NCBI GenBank assembly: GCA_963783575.1
Contig: CAWAOD010000011.1
Location: 1-64,000 of the forward strand
Direction: 5' to 3'
Length of the DNA: 64,000 nt
Origin: an uncultured Spirochaetota bacterium
GTDB taxonomy: Bacteria; Spirochaetota; Brevinematia; Brevinematales; JAOACQ01
Made by a program: the position numbers and the translations under genes. Of the stretch, positions 59,071 through 64,000 are shown piece after piece. Position 1 is the first letter of the stretch. Each line of letters begins with the position of its first letter. The notes below the pieces were generated by a model that saw only the letters and a list, made by a program, of their open reading frames with translations, was not told where the DNA came from and did not search any database.

Positions 59071-60692
59071 TTATTCCTCCTAATTCCATATTTGAAATAA
59101 TCAGTTTCATAGTATAATAACCAATTATGATTGATTTTGGAACAGGATAAGGGATATCAGTGATCATGATTTCTCTTAAATTTTCTTTATTTAAAAAAGA
59201 TATCTTTATAAATTTCTTTACTTCTTCTAGTAATTCATTTGGTCCCATTAAATTATTTTTCTTACGATCTTTTGCTATCATACAATATACTTCTTGAAAT
59301 TTACTAAAGTTATAATCCTTACAAAGGATTCTTTTGCTAAAGGAATTGATCAATTGAAATTCAGTGTCTGTGAAAGCTGATGATTCAATTTCTGGAGTAT
59401 ATTGTGTTGCTTTCTTTCCTTGACTTCGATGTATTTCGACATCCCATTTAAACACTTTATTTAAAAAATCAGAATGATGATTAGTTAATTCAACGCGAAA
59501 TGTTTTTAATTTCAAATAAGGGATATGATATTTGAACCTACTATTAGGCAATCTTGGTTTTTCTTTAGTTATTTTTAATGTTTTATAGTTTAGATTAATA
59601 AAATCTTGATCATTATATCTTTTAATTGGAATATACCTATCATTTGCCAACATAGTTTTTTCTTCTTGTACTATTGCAGATGCAAATGCGTAAGCCATTT
59701 TTGGAGGAACTGCATTACCAACTTGTTTATATTTAATACTGATGCTTTCACCATAGAATAAATAATCGATCGGGAAGCTCATTAAACTAGCCACTTCTCG
59801 AATTGTAGGAGCTCGATATTTACTAATATTAAATCCTAATATCATTGATTCTCTAGAACTAAATGTCAATGTTGCCATCACGGTTCTTGCAGGTTTGTTA
59901 GTGTTTTCAGGGAAAGACATCCTTCCCATATAACCCTTATCTTTTTTTAAGCCTTTCAGCTTTTCTCCATTGATATTTCGCAATCTCATGGATATAATGA
60001 TGGTCTGTCATATTTGATGATAAAATTGAAAGGTTTTTGTAATTAGGATCATTGACAATATTATCCAAATTTTGATTTGGATTACCTAAAGAATCAAGAA
60101 TCTTTTTTAAAGGAATAAGTTCTTGATCACATTGAATAATATATGAAGGTTTAGGAAATTCTCCACAAATAAACCGTTTTCTTCTGGATGGTACACCAAA
60201 ATATTCTGCATAATAAACATGACTGTTATCATTCTTAACAGTTAAAATAAAATTTCCATCACAGTCAAGTTCTGCAGCAGTATAGTTATCTTGAACGAAA
60301 TTTTGGATATTTGGAACATTTTCCATAATCCAATACTTTAAAATTGAATCTTTTTTATATTTCTTTCTTGCAATAATACGCAAAAATGCCTTGACAAGAC
60401 TGACTCCTTTAGATTTATCTGCTTTACCAGATTTATTAGAATTTGAAAAAGCGACACAAGGAGGGGAACCAATTATTATTTCAGAGTCAGGGATTATATC
60501 ATTAAATTCCTTTTCTGGAAGCATTGATAGTTTAACAACATCTCCCTGATAAGTATAACACGTAGGGTGATTAGCTCTATGAGTTTTTACAGCTGTTGGT
60601 GATATATCTATAGCCCAGATTATCTCGAAACCAGCATTTCGAAAACCCTCAGAAAAACCTCCAGCTCCACAAAAAAGATCAACTACCCTCAA
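59040..60692 (-). CDS. DNA (cytosine-5) methyltransferase with long C-terminal extension (frameshift at ~59945)
   Basis: DLFCGAGG (I), GSPPC (IV), ENV (VI), PSRRKR (VIII), REVASLMSFP (IX) and QVGNAVPP (X). Confidence 0.92.
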
Positions 60693-60713
60693 AGTATTTC
60701 TCCCAAGATGACA

Positions 60714-61151
60714 TCATCCATAAATTTTTTTTACTTGATCAATATACAACTGTATATTATTATTAATCTTACACTCCCACATCACCAATACTTTCCATCC
60801 TTTATCTTTGAGTTGTTGTATTTTAAAATTATCTCGTTCAACGTTTTTTTTAAACTTAGAAATCCAAAAATCTGTATGAGATTTTGGAATAGAAGGATTG
60901 CAAAAAGGACATCTGTGCCAAAAACAGCCATTTACAAATATGGCAATCTTTCTGCCAGGATAGCAAATATCTGGTTTACCCGGCACTTTTCCCCAATGCA
61001 ATCTATAACCTTTCATTTTATTAACAAAAAGGCTCTTTCTTAATATTATTTCTGGTTTAGTGTTTTTATTCTTTATTGTACTCATTATTCTTGATGTTAT
61101 TTCTTTTTCAGGAATAGGTGCTCGACCATCCCTTATGTATTTATCGCGCAT
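60714..61151 (-). CDS. vsr: Very-short-patch repair endonuclease
   Basis: MSTIKNKNTKPE, GKPDI, FVNGCFWH and GWKVLVMWEC. Confidence 0.93.
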   Translation of the reverse strand: MRDKYIRDGRAPIPEKEITSRIMSTIKNKNTKPEIILRKSLFVNKMKGYRLHWGKVPGKPDICYPGRKIAIFVNGCFWHRCPFCNPSIPKSHTDFWISKFKKNVERDNFKIQQLKDKGWKVLVMWECKINNNIQLYIDQVKKIYG

Positions 61152-61381
61152 TAAATTTAATATCATAAATATTCAACATCCTTTTGATTTTACATATGTA
61201 ATAAAAACTTCAAATTAAACAAAAAAATCATGTATCTTATTATTGATATTATAATTAGATTATAAATACTTGTCAATTTATTGTATCTCAACTTAATTAT
61301 TAAACGAATTTATAGAATTATTTTATGTCAGTTTAAGTTTAGTCGAATATGATATTAACTCTCCATATAATCACTATTTTA

Positions 61382-62983
61382 TTAAATTATAGAAAAATAA
61401 TTAATAATTATTTCCTCAATCCTTCTTCCCCAATCTTCAATACTTTGTCCTTTGACATGCTTAACAAATTTATATTTAAGACCTTCCTGCCTATTTAGAA
61501 AAGCAGTATTCCAGTGAAAATATTTATCTGCTAACATATTCAGATTATCAATAATTACATTACTATAATCATTAATTTCAAATCTGAATTGAAAAACCAA
61601 GGTAGATGCTGATTCACCATTTATTCGATTGATCTCAACAAGATAACATGTACCTATATCACTACCATCAATTCGGACAACAGTGCAGATCCTGCCGTCA
61701 CTGGAAATCCTTTTTTTACTATAAAGATTAATGAAAGTAATGGATATTTCCCAGTTTTTGTGTTTTTTCCGGATATAATCAATAACATCTAAAAAGTCTT
61801 CCAGACCTGGAAAAGTTTTATCCGCCAATCGGTCAAATGATAAAAACTCAATCGACCTGATCTGCCCGCCCCTTGTCCAATCCCTGACAGTTCCAATCAA
61901 TTCAGGCGATACATTTGAAGGTCCCTCTTGTGATGTTTTTCTGGCTTTATATTTATTATCCCGATCCCGTATTTTTATAACGATAGGTGCTCGTTTAAAA
62001 CTTGCTCCTAAATGACCGGATGTTACTTTGACAGTTTTTTCCCACCTGTTCGCGTCTTCTCCGGTCTCGTCAGGAAATATTTCCGGAAAACCATCAGAAA
62101 CAGATCCATTTTTATTATTTCCATCCGGGACATCTTCAAATACCGGTTGAATAAGATTAGGGGATTTGTATTTTATTTCACTGAAAGGATGCACTAACCG
62201 CTTTCTTTCAATTAGTTCTAATATAAGGAAAATGTCATTATATTTCAATCCCCGGTATCGCCAGATTTCACCAGGAATCACTGGAGGATCTGTTACAACA
62301 GGTATTCCATAAGAAAAACCTTTCCTAGGGTCACCGTATCTCCTTATTGCCTCAATATAAATGTTCCTATAAACAGAACACCAGGCATTATACCCTTTTT
62401 CATAAAAACGCAGCCAGGTAAAATATGAAATGGCATCATCCCTGAGTAAAATTTTAGGAAAATCAGGGGTTAATGTTATTTCCAGATTTTTATTATTAAT
62501 ATTATAAGATTCGATGAAAAAATCCAATCCGCTTGTTTCAAGTATCCGGTTTGCAAGAAGCCGGTAAGGAGTTAGAATTTTGCGGACTATTTCCATATAA
62601 GGAATATAATAATTAATTGAAGATATTTTAAAACTGCAAAGTAACTGGTTCCTGTAAAATGTATTATTATAAAATGGGTACAATTCCTTTGGAATATCTA
62701 ATCCTGAATTTTTGCTGAAATCAACATCACCTGGGAATATCAGAATTCCTCCTGAACCGGAAGCTTCAGATATAGCAGTTCCGTCCATATATTTACACCC
62801 TGTGCGAAGTATTGGCAAATAACCAATGGGTAGTCTTTCATCACTGAAACTCCCGTCCTGTCTTCTAAAGAGAACCCTGATATCCCATTGCTGCTCACTG
62901 TTCAAGACCGGTGAGCCAAGCCAGTATAATTCCACTTTATCACCAGGATCGAAATTCCAAGGAGTTATCCTAAAACCACTCAT
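61382..62983 (-). CDS. tnsE: Tn7-like TnsE-family target selector
   Basis: 533 aa directly downstream of tnsD. N-terminal WNF..GD.VELYWLGSP and C-terminal LVEINR...SASTL resemble TnsE of Gram-positive-type Tn7 elements, from recall. Confidence 0.7.
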   Translation of the reverse strand: MSGFRITPWNFDPGDKVELYWLGSPVLNSEQQWDIRVLFRRQDGSFSDERLPIGYLPILRTGCKYMDGTAISEASGSGGILIFPGDVDFSKNSGLDIPKELYPFYNNTFYRNQLLCSFKISSINYYIPYMEIVRKILTPYRLLANRILETSGLDFFIESYNINNKNLEITLTPDFPKILLRDDAISYFTWLRFYEKGYNAWCSVYRNIYIEAIRRYGDPRKGFSYGIPVVTDPPVIPGEIWRYRGLKYNDIFLILELIERKRLVHPFSEIKYKSPNLIQPVFEDVPDGNNKNGSVSDGFPEIFPDETGEDANRWEKTVKVTSGHLGASFKRAPIVIKIRDRDNKYKARKTSQEGPSNVSPELIGTVRDWTRGGQIRSIEFLSFDRLADKTFPGLEDFLDVIDYIRKKHKNWEISITFINLYSKKRISSDGRICTVVRIDGSDIGTCYLVEINRINGESASTLVFQFRFEINDYSNVIIDNLNMLADKYFHWNTAFLNRQEGLKYKFVKHVKGQSIEDWGRRIEEIIINYFSII

Positions 62984-62987
62984 TTTC

Positions 62988-64000
62988 TCAGCCTACCTTA
63001 TCTATAGAATAAGTATGATTGGAATATCTTTTTATTTCTTCTTCTATTTCTTCATTAATCTTTGAAGAATAACCCGGTCTGATCCCTGCTTTACGTATGA
63101 TTTCCCATTTTTGTAAACATTTTCCATCAGAATTTAATTCTGCGGCAACCCACCTGATCCTTCTTATCCTGAATTTTTCCACTGATTCTGTAACTTTTTT
63201 TATATATACCATTGTATCTGGCATTTTATCGGGATGTCTATTAAGCCAGACCCGTGCTCCGGATTTTCTCCCGATTACATTTACCGTTATTCTTTCCGGT
63301 TTTAACTTACTTTCAAGCATCGCTTTTGTAATAAGTTTTGCTTTTACAAGGGTTTCCCTATCCCTCCGGGTCCAGTCGATTCTATGTGGATTATATTTAT
63401 TTATAACAGAGCATGGGGAAATATTATCCAGCCAGGCTTTGTCGTTCCTGATAAGCCAGGAGAATGTTTTATGTTTTTTGTTTGCCAGGATTGTTCTATT
63501 TACACCGGGATATTTATTTATTATGTCTACCCATTCATTCCTGTATTTTTCCTGTTCCGGAATGTTACAGGATTGTGTTTCATGAAAGCGTTGTTCGGTT
63601 TTTATCTCGTTTAATTTAAGCCATTTTATTTTAAAAAAATTCCTGGAATCCCCGCACAAATAGCGCATCATAAGAAGATGGCGGACAGGATGGAATGATT
63701 TCTCATGTTTTCTTATTATTTTTATCGGCCAGCTGTGAAGATCGGCAATTGAGAAATCCGATTGAACCATTCTGAGAAACTCGCTTCCATAATAATTATG
63801 GAGATCATTTATAAACTCGTTTAGGAAATGTCTCCTGTCTTTCTTTTTTATTAAACCTCGATCCGCAAGTAAATAAAGGTACTTGCGCCTGAAACCCTCT
63901 TCAATATCCTGCGATCTCCTGATTATTTCATAGTTATCATAGACCCATTGTATATCAGCCGCTAATCCATCAAGTTTCTCAATAATTTTATCCCCAAACA
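62988..64000 (-). CDS. tnsD: TniQ/TnsD family protein, 5'-partial
   Basis: The frame is open to the window edge. FHPVRHLL, WLIRNDKAWL, RIDWTRRD, KPERIT and ESVEKFRIRR are typical of the TnsD C-terminus. Confidence 0.85.
   Translation of the reverse strand, partial: FGDKIIEKLDGLAADIQWVYDNYEIIRRSQDIEEGFRRKYLYLLADRGLIKKKDRRHFLNEFINDLHNYYGSEFLRMVQSDFSIADLHSWPIKIIRKHEKSFHPVRHLLMMRYLCGDSRNFFKIKWLKLNEIKTEQRFHETQSCNIPEQEKYRNEWVDIINKYPGVNRTILANKKHKTFSWLIRNDKAWLDNISPCSVINKYNPHRIDWTRRDRETLVKAKLITKAMLESKLKPERITVNVIGRKSGARVWLNRHPDKMPDTMVYIKKVTESVEKFRIRRIRWVAAELNSDGKCLQKWEIIRKAGIRPGYSSKINEEIEEEIKRYSNHTYSIDKVG

Noticed and set aside
57770..59989. 739-aa MTase-ParB fusion protein as called in the ORF track
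   Set aside because: The internal RBS and ATG at 59070 and the upstream frameshift indicate two genes.
61305..61335. dif-like site after tnsE (AATTTATAGAA-TTATT-TTATGTCAGTT)
   Set aside because: The spacer is 5 nt, not 6, the region is very AT-rich and no partner site was found.

Overview
The window has four parts. (1) 1-36.9 kb: the 3' part of a giant AT-less (trans-AT) modular PKS on the + strand. It has three genes, seven consecutive DH-KR modules (two with C-methyltransferase), a terminal non-elongating KS0-ACP and a thioester-reductase release domain. Much of it is built from near-identical multi-kb DNA copies. (2) 36.9-47.5 kb: an orphan, decaying type I hsdM, two MITE-like relics, and a complete 6.9-kb Tn3-family transposon (38-bp IRs, AGAAT TSD). 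The transposon carries a tyrosine recombinase and an ArsR/CMD/TauE/DsrE cargo operon, and it interrupts a small secreted-protein gene. (3) 47.5-54.8 kb: surface lipoprotein genes (GH-A clan hydrolase, two beta-propeller paralogues, BspA-type LRR) bracketed by at least seven Tn7-like transposon ends. (4) 54.8-64 kb: tnsD/tniQ and tnsE-like genes followed by an AT-rich five-gene operon (Vsr, C5 methyltransferase, ParB-like protein, SNF2 helicase, DUF3883-like nuclease), a candidate undescribed defence system. Single-base frameshifts occur in many unrelated genes and are probably long-read errors, so gene-integrity calls are uncertain. All family assignments come from motif recognition by eye, not database searches.
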